A DNA stretch of 61,569 bases, the filler included, from Choristocarpus tenellus KU-1152 (taxonomy: Eukaryota; Protista; Phaeophyceae): assembly GCA_964200185.2 (NCBI GenBank). It is 13 parts of 13 records of this genome, joined end to end, with 100 filler letters (N's around TTAATTAATTAA, not from the genome) between each part and the next. Parts side by side here need not be neighbours in the genome. Positions count along the whole stretch, not along the records: positions 58,599 to 61,569 come from CAXNAD020023257.1; 12 more parts are not named here. The stretch is one strand, 5' to 3'. How positions within the stretch are numbered: position 1 is the stretch's first letter; every line of letters starts with the position of its first letter. Shown here piece by piece: positions 61,494-61,569 of the stretch. The notes under the pieces were generated by a model. The model was not told the DNA's origin, searched no databases, and was given only the letters and a program-made list of their open reading frames with translations. A program made the translations under genes and the position numbers.

Positions 61494-61569
61494 GACCCAA
61501 AGTATCTGAGGGGGGGGGGGGTCTACGCCAGGGTGTCTATTTAGTCCCAAATCAGGAAAAGTGCGTTTA
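61494..61569. mobile_element. MITE family B, partial at window end
   Basis: GACCCAAAGTATCTGAG(n)TCTACGCCAGGGTGTC. Confidence 0.9.

Noticed and set aside
1-61569. Signalling gene cluster (phosphatase, kinase, RGS, RWP-RK) as a functional locus
   Set aside because: Each gene is on a different contig joined artificially, so no linkage can be claimed.

Overview
This is eukaryotic, intron-rich nuclear DNA. The mix of plastid fibrillin, RWP-RK, RGS-like and CAP-Gly genes, 0.3-3.5 kb introns and TTAGGG repeats fits a photosynthetic stramenopile such as a brown alga (inference). It is not one locus: 13 short contigs are joined by 12 artificial 100-nt spacers (N44-TTAATTAATTAA-N44), so adjacency across gaps carries no information. 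Reading splice sites by hand gives partial multi-exon genes for a dual-specificity phosphatase, a CaMKK/GRIK-like kinase (probable GC-AG intron), an uncharacterised helical protein (6 exons), an RGS-like domain, a peptidase-S74 chaperone C-terminus, an RWP-RK factor, a PAP/fibrillin and a CAP-Gly protein, plus orphan exons. There are two dead transposase genes: a plant-mariner-like one and an intron-containing PIF/Harbinger one. The most striking structure is about 19 full or partial copies of two short non-autonomous inverted-repeat elements (family A about 260 bp, family B about 180 bp). They share a G-N4-AAAGTATCT terminus and a subterminal GTCCATTTGGG box and make 4-bp target-site duplications (Sola-like by inference). 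Transposon copies show CpG-decay mutations. No CRISPR, rRNA or convincing tRNA was found. All family assignments are motif recognition by eye; no searches were run.
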